Shown here piece after piece: positions 1 through 7,601 of a stretch of 32,000 bases of DNA. Numbering within the stretch: position 1 is the first letter of the stretch; each line of letters begins with the position of its first letter. The position numbers were made by a program, and so were the translations under genes. The stretch comes from Pyrodictium delaneyi (GTDB taxonomy: Archaea; Thermoproteota; Thermoprotei_A; Sulfolobales; Pyrodictiaceae): the NCBI RefSeq assembly GCF_001412615.1, contig NZ_CP013011.1, positions 1,080,001 to 1,112,000 of the forward strand. The letters run 5' to 3'. The notes under the pieces were generated by a model. That model did not search any database. It was not told the origin of the DNA and saw only the letters and a program-made list of their open reading frames with translations.

Positions 1-705
1 TGATACCACTAGCCGTCTCCTCAGCTTTCCGCGCGAGGTTACTCCTACATCCTCTCCAGTGCTCTGAACTCTCACATTATAGTGCTTCTTCAAATGCCTC
101 ACTATCTTGGACGCGCTACCTCGGTCTAGAAGTAGAAAGTCCACGCCATTATCGTACTCTATAATATCAACTATCGAGTTTGCTATCTGGCTGCTCTTCT
201 CAATAACCGGTGAAAGCAGCGTTGCCAGCCTTTGTGGTGTTTCGCCGCGCAACTGGAGTAGAACATTGTAGTCTCCTCCTCTAACGTCCTTACATGCCGG
301 ACATATAGTGGGCTTCGCTCTAACGTCTATATCGTAGCTTACAGTCACTTCCGTGTCAACACCTCTAAGCCGTACTCTGAATATGGCTCGGTATATCGTC
401 CTCCATGAGGGCACCGTGAGAGGTTCTACAGACTCTAGCCTATAGTACTCTACAATATCGCTGCATGGAGCTACTTTCTCCACTAGATACCATTTGAGGA
501 ACTCTGTACCCGCAACCTCTAGGTCGCCACCCTCAGCCCACCGGTATCCAAGTCTTATAGATCCACACTGCTTACAGTACTCAAAGTTAATCTTCTCTGG
601 GACGCACAGGACGCGGCGTGTCTCCAGGTAGCAGCCAAGGCAAAAGGCACCAACACTTTCGCCGCTTCTAAGAACTCGGCCACACCTTGCACATATACGC
701 TCCAT
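1..705 (-). CDS. NMD3 family protein (archaeal homolog of the 60S export adaptor), C-terminus cut by the window edge
   Basis: This frame is absent from the ORF track because it runs off the left edge. Reverse-strand translation from ATG 705 (alternative in-frame ATG 720) gives MERICARCGRVLRSGESVGAFCLGCYLE..CKQCGSIRLGYRW..ICPACKDVRGGDYNVLLQLRG. These paired CxxC clusters are typical of NMD3/COG1499, and the frame is open down to base 1. A TATA-like GTTATTAGAGG lies about 28 nt upstream of ATG 705. Confidence 0.8.
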   Translation of the reverse strand, partial: MERICARCGRVLRSGESVGAFCLGCYLETRRVLCVPEKINFEYCKQCGSIRLGYRWAEGGDLEVAGTEFLKWYLVEKVAPCSDIVEYYRLESVEPLTVPSWRTIYRAIFRVRLRGVDTEVTVSYDIDVRAKPTICPACKDVRGGDYNVLLQLRGETPQRLATLLSPVIEKSSQIANSIVDIIEYDNGVDFLLLDRGSASKIVRHLKKHYNVRVQSTGEDVGVTSRGKLRRRLVVS

Positions 706-746
706 CTCAGCTGCTCCCATTGAATCCTCTAATAACTTGGTAGCGT

Positions 747-755
747 CCTATACTT
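747..755 (+). promoter_or_regulatory. TATA-like box (CCTATACTT) upstream of the GC-rich sRNA candidate
   Basis: An A/T-rich octamer sits in otherwise GC-rich DNA. Its centre is about 26 nt upstream of position 777, where the structured element begins. Confidence 0.3.
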
Positions 756-785
756 CTTACCAGGGCGCCATCCAGCTGGTTACGC

Positions 786-869
786 GCTGTGATGAGATAG
801 ACCCGGGTGGAGCCGAGCGGGCCGTGCTCTCGGCCCAGTGGCTGTGACGTATCCTAGTCCAGCTGAGGC
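786..869 (+). ncRNA. Candidate K-turn / atypical C/D box-like sRNA
   Basis: The layout is GUGAUGA (789-795), 12 nt, UGGA, a GC hairpin GGGCCG/CGGCCC (819-824/831-836), GUGACGU (844-850), exactly 12 nt, then CUGA (863-866). It lies in a GC-rich island between two divergent promoters. The D-prime box is poor, the D-prime to C-prime linker is unusually long (about 32 nt), and the terminal stem is weak. Confidence 0.35.
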
Positions 870-946
870 CGCCGCAAGCGTGGTGTTACCAGCCCGGTAA
901 CCCTATCCCCTCCTATAGGCTGCTTATCTAGCTCCGGGGATAGCCT

Positions 947-1441
947 GTGGTAGCCATAGATGCTGAACACTTCACGCCAGCTCCCCTCCCGGCCGCTGAG
1001 CCGATAGCCAGCCAAACCGATGATAAACACAGCTTAGTACGCGACATAGCTTTAGTAGCTTCAATAAGCTCTGCTCTCGACGAGCTAGGCATACAGTGTA
1101 GCGAGTGTAAGGAGCACTTCTACACACTACTCTCCGAGTGGGCTAAGCAAGTAGAGGCAGAGTACATCAGGGACGCAGCAGTCATAGCAGCAGACAAGAA
1201 GAGGGACGCCACAACGCTAGTCAACATATGGGGAGAGGAGGGTTTTGCACTAGTACTAAGCTACGTAGCTTCCGACTCCTGCAATATAGACCTACTTAGA
1301 GAGGTCGTAACGGAGATAACAGAGATTCTGGGTTTCAGCAGCGATGCTGCTAGAGAGTTTAACGCGCTGGCAGCAGAAGCCGACTGCAAGAGGCTTAGAA
1401 GCCTCATAGTTCTAGCTTTAATGATTCCACCGAGGGGCTAG
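947..1441 (+). CDS. Hypothetical protein (164 aa)
   Basis: This is the only long ORF here. It has a GTG start about 30 nt downstream of a CCTATAGG TATA-like box (912-919), which fits a leaderless mRNA. I recognise no family. Confidence 0.5.
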   Translation: MVAIDAEHFTPAPLPAAEPIASQTDDKHSLVRDIALVASISSALDELGIQCSECKEHFYTLLSEWAKQVEAEYIRDAAVIAADKKRDATTLVNIWGEEGFALVLSYVASDSCNIDLLREVVTEITEILGFSSDAAREFNALAAEADCKRLRSLIVLALMIPPRG

Positions 1442-1445
1442 CCCA

Positions 1446-1763
1446 TTGGGTTATGCAAGGCTAGACCTGCTATACGTTGTCGGCAAGCTTTCGGAAGCAG
1501 CTATAAGGAAGGCTACAGGGCTAAGCTATAGCCTCAATGATATACCGAGAAGCCTCCAAGATGCTGGAGAGGAAATCGTCGAAAGAGTTGCAGAGCAGCT
1601 AGTAGTAGACGATAATGACACACTGCGCTGTAGGATTTGCGGCAGAGGACCCTTTACCCGTAAGGGGCTCTACCTCCACATAAGACGCGTCCATCTCGAC
1701 ACAGTCTATGATATAGTCAAGAGCGAATTAGAAGCCTACTTGTGGAGGCTTAGGAACACATAG
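1446..1763 (+). CDS. Small C2H2 zinc-finger protein
   Basis: The TTG start lies 4 nt after the upstream stop, an operon-like arrangement. It carries a classical C-x2-C-x12-H-x4-H finger, CRICGRGPFTRKGLYLHIRRVH. Confidence 0.55.
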   Translation: MGYARLDLLYVVGKLSEAAIRKATGLSYSLNDIPRSLQDAGEEIVERVAEQLVVDDNDTLRCRICGRGPFTRKGLYLHIRRVHLDTVYDIVKSELEAYLWRLRNT

Positions 1764-1851
1764 CGAGCATCATGAGGGTCTGAAGGGGTGGAGCACGCTC
1801 ATCGCCCAGCTAGTATGCATCTGACTATGGGCTCGCCACTGGAGTCTATCT

Positions 1852-2310
1852 TCACCCCCTCAAGTTACTCTTAGTGACTATGCGGAACCCTCTATCGGTC
1901 TCTATCACTACACCCCATACGCCTTTCGGGAGTTCTATTTTCCCTATTGACACGTAGAATGCTTCCCGTGGCCTAGCTCTTCTAAGTTTGTCGAGCGGCA
2001 GAGTACCATCAACCCCATCTTCTATAACGCGTAGCGAGATTAGCTTTGCAGGCCGAGGAAACAGTATGACCCCATCTACGGTGGCGAACCCAGCTGTCTC
2101 AACCTCCTCTCCTCGGTGGTTGAACCTTATCACCTCAACAACGTAACCTGGTGTACGTGAGTATCTTTCATGCAGATCACTTATCACGTCAAGTACGTCA
2201 GCCGACACATAGTCTACCTCTTTCTCTAGCTTTAGTACAGTCATTTTCACCCCAGCTATTCCTACATCGATCGCCTTGTAGAATCTTGCTACAGTCTTTG
2301 AGCGCGGCAT
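1852..2310 (-). CDS. Hypothetical protein (152 aa)
   Basis: The ORF is clean, with TTTATAG (reverse strand, about 2333-2339) roughly 26 nt upstream of ATG 2310, which fits a leaderless start. The overlapping plus-strand ORF 2151-2351 looks spurious. Confidence 0.55.
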   Translation of the reverse strand: MPRSKTVARFYKAIDVGIAGVKMTVLKLEKEVDYVSADVLDVISDLHERYSRTPGYVVEVIRFNHRGEEVETAGFATVDGVILFPRPAKLISLRVIEDGVDGTLPLDKLRRARPREAFYVSIGKIELPKGVWGVVIETDRGFRIVTKSNLRG

Positions 2311-2527
2311 GGCACACTACACCCTCCAGAGCTACTATAAACAATAGCTAGCAGCAGCTAAGTATAGTAGTGGTGTGATGCCACCACTCTTTGAGCTAGC
2401 TGCTCCATGCTGCTCTAACCGTATCGTACAGTAATAAGTCAAGCAGTAGACAGAAGGGTAATCCTAGTAAGGCTGCCTATTTAGACTAGTACTCGCACTA
2501 AATACAAGCATACGGAGTTCTGTATAC

Positions 2528-2632
2528 GCGGCCCGGTGAAGAGGAACCTCCAAGCGTTACTACGGCGGGGCTGAGCCCCGGGAAGGGATAAGGGGGTGCT
2601 ATGACGAGTCAGCCGGGCCTGGAGGGCCGCCT
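2528..2632 (+). ncRNA. GC-rich structured RNA candidate of unknown class
   Basis: This is an island of about 104 nt, roughly 69 percent GC by hand count, in AT-richer intergenic DNA. GCGGCCC (2528-2534) is perfectly complementary to GGGCCGC (2624-2630). GGCCCGG (2530-2536) is perfectly complementary to CCGGGCC (2613-2619). A central hairpin is CGGGGC-UGA-GCCCCG (2566-2580). A TATA-like CTAAATACAAG is centred about 26 nt upstream of 2528. Strand assignment is tentative. Confidence 0.35.
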
Positions 2633-2687
2633 TACACAAAACTAAAACCTAGACTGTTAGGCTGAAAAGGAGTAGGATGCTCTTGGT

Positions 2688-3185
2688 CTACTTCTTGTAT
2701 CCTATCTTTCGGAGGAAGATCCTTCTCTCGGCTATGTCATTCTCTGTTTCAACGCCCACTGGTGTATAGCCGTCTATTACGCCTAGTACTCCTCGTCCCT
2801 GCTTGGTCTCGGCAACTACTACTTGTAGAGGGTTTGCAGTAGCAGCAAATATTGTTACCACTTCTTGCACGTTCTTTATCGAATTGAGTACGTTTATAGG
2901 CCAGGCATCCTTAATGTATATGACGAAAACGTGGCCAGCAGCTATCCTTTTAGCTGCCTCTATCGCTAGCTTGCGTAGCTCGTCGTCATTACCCTCATGC
3001 CTTATCAGCCTCTTCTGGCTTGCCTCGCAGAACGCTATACCAAACTTTACTCCGGGCACACTGGTCACTAACGCCTCATAAATGTCCTCTAGAGTCTTTA
3101 TGAAGTGTGCTTGACCTATGATTACATTTACCCCTTCAGGGACAGGTACGTCGACAACATGAATCCGCACAGCGTCATTCTCCAC
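2688..3185 (-). CDS. Adenosine-specific kinase family protein (PF04008-like)
   Basis: The sequence [80 protein letters not shown] matches the family pattern from memory. The ORF is open up to ATG 3317. The extra 44 codons are AT-rich and promoter-like, containing ATATTAAATAATAAC and then GGTG. GTG 3185 gives the usual size of about 165 aa. Confidence 0.8.
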   Translation of the reverse strand: MENDAVRIHVVDVPVPEGVNVIIGQAHFIKTLEDIYEALVTSVPGVKFGIAFCEASQKRLIRHEGNDDELRKLAIEAAKRIAAGHVFVIYIKDAWPINVLNSIKNVQEVVTIFAATANPLQVVVAETKQGRGVLGVIDGYTPVGVETENDIAERRIFLRKIGYKK

Positions 3186-3693
3186 GACTCTACACCGTAT
3201 AGGTATAGGATAACTGTTATTATTTAATATGCGTATACACTTAATACTGCTTATTACTCTATTATAGCGCTTACCATTATAGACTATTTCTATCTTATGA
3301 TGTCTTCTATAAGTCATGTTACATTATTCATATATGTTCACATTACATTCCAGTGATTCATAAAAACAGTGTTAATGGTTATGCCACCCCTCTATACAGC
3401 CCGACATAGCCAGTCTCTAGCCTATAATCGTCAAGTTACTTACCCATGTTTTATGCTCCTTGAATACATATTCTTTTACCATTATGTGATAATGTATTTA
3501 CGTAGCCATTTCGTATCAACCATACTTTATATACCTATACTTTAGCGTAGTATGCAACCAGACATACCCCAAGTTCTTTTGTCAATGCTGATCTGCTCCT
3601 GGCTAGGGATGCTACAAGAGGCTTTTAGCTCGTTTAGCTTTATCCAATCCTTCACCTGGAGTAAAGGTTTAGGCGCATTGAAGTCATAGTCTA

Positions 3694-4335
3694 GTGGTAT
3701 TGGGTGGAACTGTGACTCTACAGCAAGTTAGGAGAGTAGACTTCCTGAGACATATAGTTAACAGGATACTTGCCGAGCCAGGGGCACCTAGACAGCTGGT
3801 GGACGATATACGTAGAATGATAGGTAAGGCTGAGGATAAATACAAGTTTAATGCTTTTGGCGGCGACGTGCGCAAGCTGGCTGATTATCTACGTAGTCGC
3901 GACTTTGACGACCTTATCACACTTGTACGTACTGATCGTAGTGGACAAGGGATAGAGATTCTCAAGCGAATACTCAACGAAGCTAGAAAGGCATACAGTG
4001 AAATTCCTGAAATAGTTGAGGCAATCGATGCCAGACTTAAAGAACTCGAGGCCGCAGAAGAGTCGAAGAAAGAGAAGAAGCTTAATAATGCATATACACT
4101 TCTCAAAGACCTTGAGAAAGTCAAGGCCAAAGTAGAACTCGATAAGGAGGAGAACAAGATACGAGTAATAGCGCTAGATGGCAAGTTTACAGCAACACTA
4201 CGCTACGACGAAGATAGGAAGACATACATGCTAAGCTATAAAGCTGAGGGCTCACTTGAATTCGATAACCTCAGTGAAGCCCAAGAGTACCTCCAGAGGC
4301 TCATATCAGCGCTACATGGTAAAGGTGACCATTAG
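3694..4335 (+). CDS. Hypothetical protein with central coiled-coil (213 aa)
   Basis: This long ORF has a GTG start, with alternatives TTG 3700 and GTG 3712. It contains a lysine/glutamate-rich helical segment. I recognise no family. Confidence 0.6.
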   Translation: MVLGGTVTLQQVRRVDFLRHIVNRILAEPGAPRQLVDDIRRMIGKAEDKYKFNAFGGDVRKLADYLRSRDFDDLITLVRTDRSGQGIEILKRILNEARKAYSEIPEIVEAIDARLKELEAAEESKKEKKLNNAYTLLKDLEKVKAKVELDKEENKIRVIALDGKFTATLRYDEDRKTYMLSYKAEGSLEFDNLSEAQEYLQRLISALHGKGDH

Positions 4336-5384
4336 GAGTGGCTCCGAACCAGAGCATAAAGGCTTTTCACTAGGTATTTTACACTAGTGAGTCTTCCCTG
4401 TAACCAAGCCCCGATGAACTCTTCGTCAACATTTCTGAGAATTCTTTTGAGCCCCACGTCACCTATTATAGAAGCTAGCCGTAGCATTAATGAGTGTAGT
4501 TTTACCTCCTCCACGATACCTCTGATACTGCTGATATATCTATCTACATGAAATGTTACATGGTCTCTGCTCAGCTCCAAAGCGTTTGCGAGAGCTGCTG
4601 CAGAGAGGACTGCTGGCCTTATCCCCTCACCACCAAGACTCATAATTAGTCCTGCTGCTTCACCAATTCTTACTATACCCCTTGGACTAGTATACTGTAT
4701 CCTTGGATAGACTGTAACTAAAGAATATGCCTCGCTGTAAAGCTTTAGGTTTGTTCCCATAACATCATACAACGTCCTAATGACTCTATCCCTCGGGTTG
4801 TTTAGGCCAATAAATCCGCCACCAACGTTGAATTTATCACCATGAGGGAATATCCAAACTAGTCCCGCGTTTCTACCACTCATTATTATATACGCCATGT
4901 CTCTTTCTAATCCAGGATTCTCTGCATAGGCCCTCCAAACGACTATCTTTCTCCCTCTAGAAGAGAATGGTCCTCTGGCATCAACTACAACGCCATAACG
5001 ATTAACAAGATTTGCCGGATCAACGCCCTTATACACTACATTAAGACCATCCCTAAGGCTGTTTACCCACTCACTCTTGTCGATAGAGTACCATATCACA
5101 GACCTTGGCTTATACTCGCGTACAGTCTCGCTACCTACACTAAGTACAAAGCGACGTATACTATTGAGTACTCGTGGCCGTGGTATCCCAAGTGAAGGTA
5201 CTATAGTGTCTACAAGACGCGCTGGAACGACCTCTCCGCATGGCTTAGCGTATGACCTTGATATATCGTAGATCGTAATGTCCTGTCCCGTCTCACTATT
5301 TCTAGCCGATAGCAGCCTTGCTAGCACTGAGCCTGCTACACCAGCTCCGACTATAGCTATCCCAGTTCTCTTCATGTGCTTCAT
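4332..5384 (-). CDS. FAD-dependent oxidoreductase, geranylgeranyl reductase family
   Basis: An N-terminal dinucleotide-binding motif IAIVGAGVAGS follows MKHMKRTG, and a PCGE motif is present. I place the start at ATG 5384, which is preceded by GGTGGG. The ORF itself is open to 5474. Confidence 0.75.
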   Translation of the reverse strand: MKHMKRTGIAIVGAGVAGSVLARLLSARNSETGQDITIYDISRSYAKPCGEVVPARLVDTIVPSLGIPRPRVLNSIRRFVLSVGSETVREYKPRSVIWYSIDKSEWVNSLRDGLNVVYKGVDPANLVNRYGVVVDARGPFSSRGRKIVVWRAYAENPGLERDMAYIIMSGRNAGLVWIFPHGDKFNVGGGFIGLNNPRDRVIRTLYDVMGTNLKLYSEAYSLVTVYPRIQYTSPRGIVRIGEAAGLIMSLGGEGIRPAVLSAAALANALELSRDHVTFHVDRYISSIRGIVEEVKLHSLMLRLASIIGDVGLKRILRNVDEEFIGAWLQGRLTSVKYLVKSLYALVRSHS

Positions 5385-5614
5385 CCCACCATATGCTGAG
5401 TCATGATTGTTCCAGATGCATGATATAGCACCAGGATAGGGATTAGTAGCTAATGCTGAACCGAGTATCTGCATTCATGGTTTTATAGCAGTAATGCTGG
5501 CATCTAGGGCGCCAAAGTTAAAGATGGGAAAGCTGTAGTGTAAGCACAAGGAATGACAGGGTATGAGTGTTTTTGGCTAACGCTGTCCAAGTCTATCCAC
5601 TGTGGTGAGTAGCC

Positions 5615-5929
5615 ATGGCCGGCACTCGTATATCTAACGAGGAGCTGGATAAGATCCTAAGCCAGACAGAGGAAAAGGAACGCAAGGACCCCAAGAAGAG
5701 ATGGATTACACGCATGATGCGAAGCGCCAAACAGTACCACAAAATGTGTCCGTACTATGACAAGCGCACCGGCAAATGCTTCCTAAAGCTTGGCGAGAAG
5801 TGCGAGCGCGATGGAAAGTTCGACGGGTGCCCTGTGTTCATAGAATGGCTGTCGCAGAAGTATGACGAGCTAAAGTCGAAGGGAAGACCACTACCCATGG
5901 ACTTCCTTGATCTAACGCTATCAGTCTAA
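5615..5929 (+). CDS. Small cysteine-rich (C4) protein, putative metal-binding
   Basis: ATG is preceded by GGTGAG. It contains the module CPYYDKRTGKCFLKLGEKCERDGKFDGCPVF, the same type as the two modules in ORF 8693-9106. Confidence 0.6.
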   Translation: MAGTRISNEELDKILSQTEEKERKDPKKRWITRMMRSAKQYHKMCPYYDKRTGKCFLKLGEKCERDGKFDGCPVFIEWLSQKYDELKSKGRPLPMDFLDLTLSV

Positions 5930-6053
5930 CGACTGTCGTAGCAAACAACTATTAGCGATTCTATGGCCTTTTACCCTAGACCCCTTAACTTCACAAACAA
6001 GTAGCATATATGCCGGATTGGCGCACCATTAGCTCTTTTTCATGATGAAACTC

Positions 6054-6446
6054 TTAGTAAGACATACCTATACCATTCTTTCCGATAAACAAGATTAACA
6101 TGGATATGCCTATGGCAACTATGGTTGTCCTTAGTATACTTCTACGTTCCTCGAGAAGAATGTTTGGAAGTGTAAGCAGAGCTATGAGCCTCAGTGGTAC
6201 CGTGTTAACCGTAACTAATACAATTAAGTTAAATATATACGGTGAATAGAGTATTATTGCCTTGTTTACTCCTTGGGGCTCGTTCTTGATTTCCACAGCT
6301 GGTGACGGAAGTATACCATCTGATGCTATATACAGTCGTGCATTGTACCCTAACATGAGAGCCGTTACGTAGTGTATTAGCTCGTGTACTACAGAGTATA
6401 GTAGTGCAGACATTATAGTTGCAAGGATGATATCTGCCAGGTTCAA
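6054..6446 (-). CDS. Small multi-pass membrane protein with HExxH motif (DUF3267-like putative zincin peptidase)
   Basis: HELIH sits at the end of the first hydrophobic helix, followed by 3-4 predicted TM segments. The start is TTG. Confidence 0.55.
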   Translation of the reverse strand: MNLADIILATIMSALLYSVVHELIHYVTALMLGYNARLYIASDGILPSPAVEIKNEPQGVNKAIILYSPYIFNLIVLVTVNTVPLRLIALLTLPNILLEERRSILRTTIVAIGISMLILFIGKNGIGMSY

Positions 6447-6579
6447 CTGTTAGTCCCTAGCTGAAGTCTAGGAGAATCATGAAACCTCAAAAGGGTTGTC
6501 ATAGAACTTTTGCTCAAACTCAAGCCACGAAGATATTGCGGGTTAAGCGAAGCTTCTAATGACTTCATAAAAGACAGAG

Positions 6580-6927
6580 CTAAATGTAGTATGCGTAGTA
6601 TCTGCCCTCTTCGTCGCTCTCGACTATACCTTCCTCTACGAGCTTGTTTAGGGCATAGCGTATCTTGTCCTCGCTTGCTAGACCGGATAGAATCGAGTGC
6701 AATTCTCGGACAGTCATAGGCCTCTCTCTGAGGAGGCGCAGGATAATATCCCTCAATTGATCTTCGTTCGGGGCTACTACTACAACGACCTCTTCGTCCT
6801 CGTAGAGCTTGTGGAGGACTATATCCTTGTTGTAGACATAGGTCTCCTTGTCGCCAGTGTAGTTATTCTGCCTAGGGCTAACCGACACGGCCCCACGCCT
6901 CCAGGGTTTATAGCCGCGCGTCCACAC
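6580..6927 (-). CDS. Winged-helix DNA-binding protein
   Basis: The C-terminal half, DIILRLLRERPMTVRELHSILSGLASEDKIRYALNKLVEEGIVESDEEGRYYAYYI, is a typical wHTH. A CTATATAAGG box abuts GTG 6927, so the true start may be GTG 6888. Confidence 0.6.
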   Translation of the reverse strand: MWTRGYKPWRRGAVSVSPRQNNYTGDKETYVYNKDIVLHKLYEDEEVVVVVAPNEDQLRDIILRLLRERPMTVRELHSILSGLASEDKIRYALNKLVEEGIVESDEEGRYYAYYI

Positions 6928-7057
6928 CCTTATATAGGGGTTAGATTATAGCTTGAACTAGTCTATCATGCAGCACAGATGAAGATACGTATTATTGACC
7001 CCCAAACTACCTTGGCTCTGTACCCGTCTCTAACACTGTCTAGGGGATGCATCGTCT

Positions 7058-7438
7058 ATGACGCTTAGACTGCGAACAGACCTGCTGGGACTTTGTGGAC
7101 AGATAGAAGCTTTAAGAAACAATCTCGCGAGGTATCGAGAGAGGTATACTGTTAAGCTCGAGAACACAAATACCCAAAATGCTGAGGCAGCTGAACGGCT
7201 TAGAGCAATAATCGCCGGGATCCTCGAAAGCATAGATAACGTTATGATTACTGTTGACAGGATAAGCAACCTTGTATGTGACAGTGACCCCTCGCTAGCC
7301 TCTATAATGAAGGCATACTATATAGCTGACAAAACATACTATAAGATCATGATAGGCCAGAATACGCCCATACCAGCTTCGATTAGGTCAGCCTTCTATG
7401 AGATATACAGGATGCTCAAGATCCTTGCAAATCAGTAA
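7058..7438 (+). CDS. Hypothetical helical protein (126 aa)
   Basis: The ORF is clean with an ATG start. The antisense ORF 7030-7269 looks spurious. I recognise no family. Confidence 0.5.
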   Translation: MTLRLRTDLLGLCGQIEALRNNLARYRERYTVKLENTNTQNAEAAERLRAIIAGILESIDNVMITVDRISNLVCDSDPSLASIMKAYYIADKTYYKIMIGQNTPIPASIRSAFYEIYRMLKILANQ

Positions 7439-7551
7439 GAAGCAGGAGAGTCTGCGGGGTCAACGGCCTAAAGCGTCGTCACCAAAGCCTGCTATCGGTA
7501 GAGGCCTTTACCTATCATCCCCCAGTACGCTGTAGTGGCTGACCAGCTTTG

Positions 7552-7559
7552 ATTATATA
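7552..7559 (+). promoter_or_regulatory. TATA box ATTATATA
   Basis: Its centre lies about 46 nt upstream of the TTG start at 7602. That predicts a transcription start near 7582 and a short leader. Confidence 0.4.
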
Positions 7560-7601
7560 GCTTCCCAGCTGTTTCTGGGCTACCATAGTGGGGCTAGGGC
7601 C

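Noticed and set aside
2528-2632. Interpretation of the GC island as an intron-containing tRNA (7-bp acceptor-like GCGGCCC/GGGCCGC plus a discriminator), a minimal RNase P RNA (GAGGAACCUCC versus CR-I, GCCGCCUUACA versus CR-V), SRP RNA, or a TPP riboswitch.
   Set aside because: No D-arm or T-arm can be drawn next to either acceptor-like helix. The CR-I/CR-V look-alikes deviate at invariant positions, and the element is far too short. There is no GGAA/AGCA helix-8 signature. The TPP-like words are out of order.
3341-3366. TTCCAGTGA, resembling half of an archaeal origin recognition box (ORB core TCCAGTGGAAA), inside the AT-rich spacer. This raised the possibility of a replication origin.
   Set aside because: Only a partial single half-site is present. 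There are no repeated or inverted ORB copies and no orc1/cdc6 gene nearby. The evidence is insufficient.
6043-6049. Perfect AUGAUGA C-box heptamer in the spacer after gene 5615.
   Set aside because: There is no CUGA (or close variant at correct spacing) within 70 nt and no terminal stem. The downstream sequence is the 3-prime end of the minus-strand gene.
7432-7482. Minus-strand GUGACGA-12 nt-UUGA ... 12 nt-CUGA arrangement (51 nt) overlapping the stop of gene 7058-7438.
   Set aside because: The C box is imperfect, the C-prime box (CAGACUC) is unrecognisable, and there is no terminal stem. The spacing fits only because I chose the boxes to fit.
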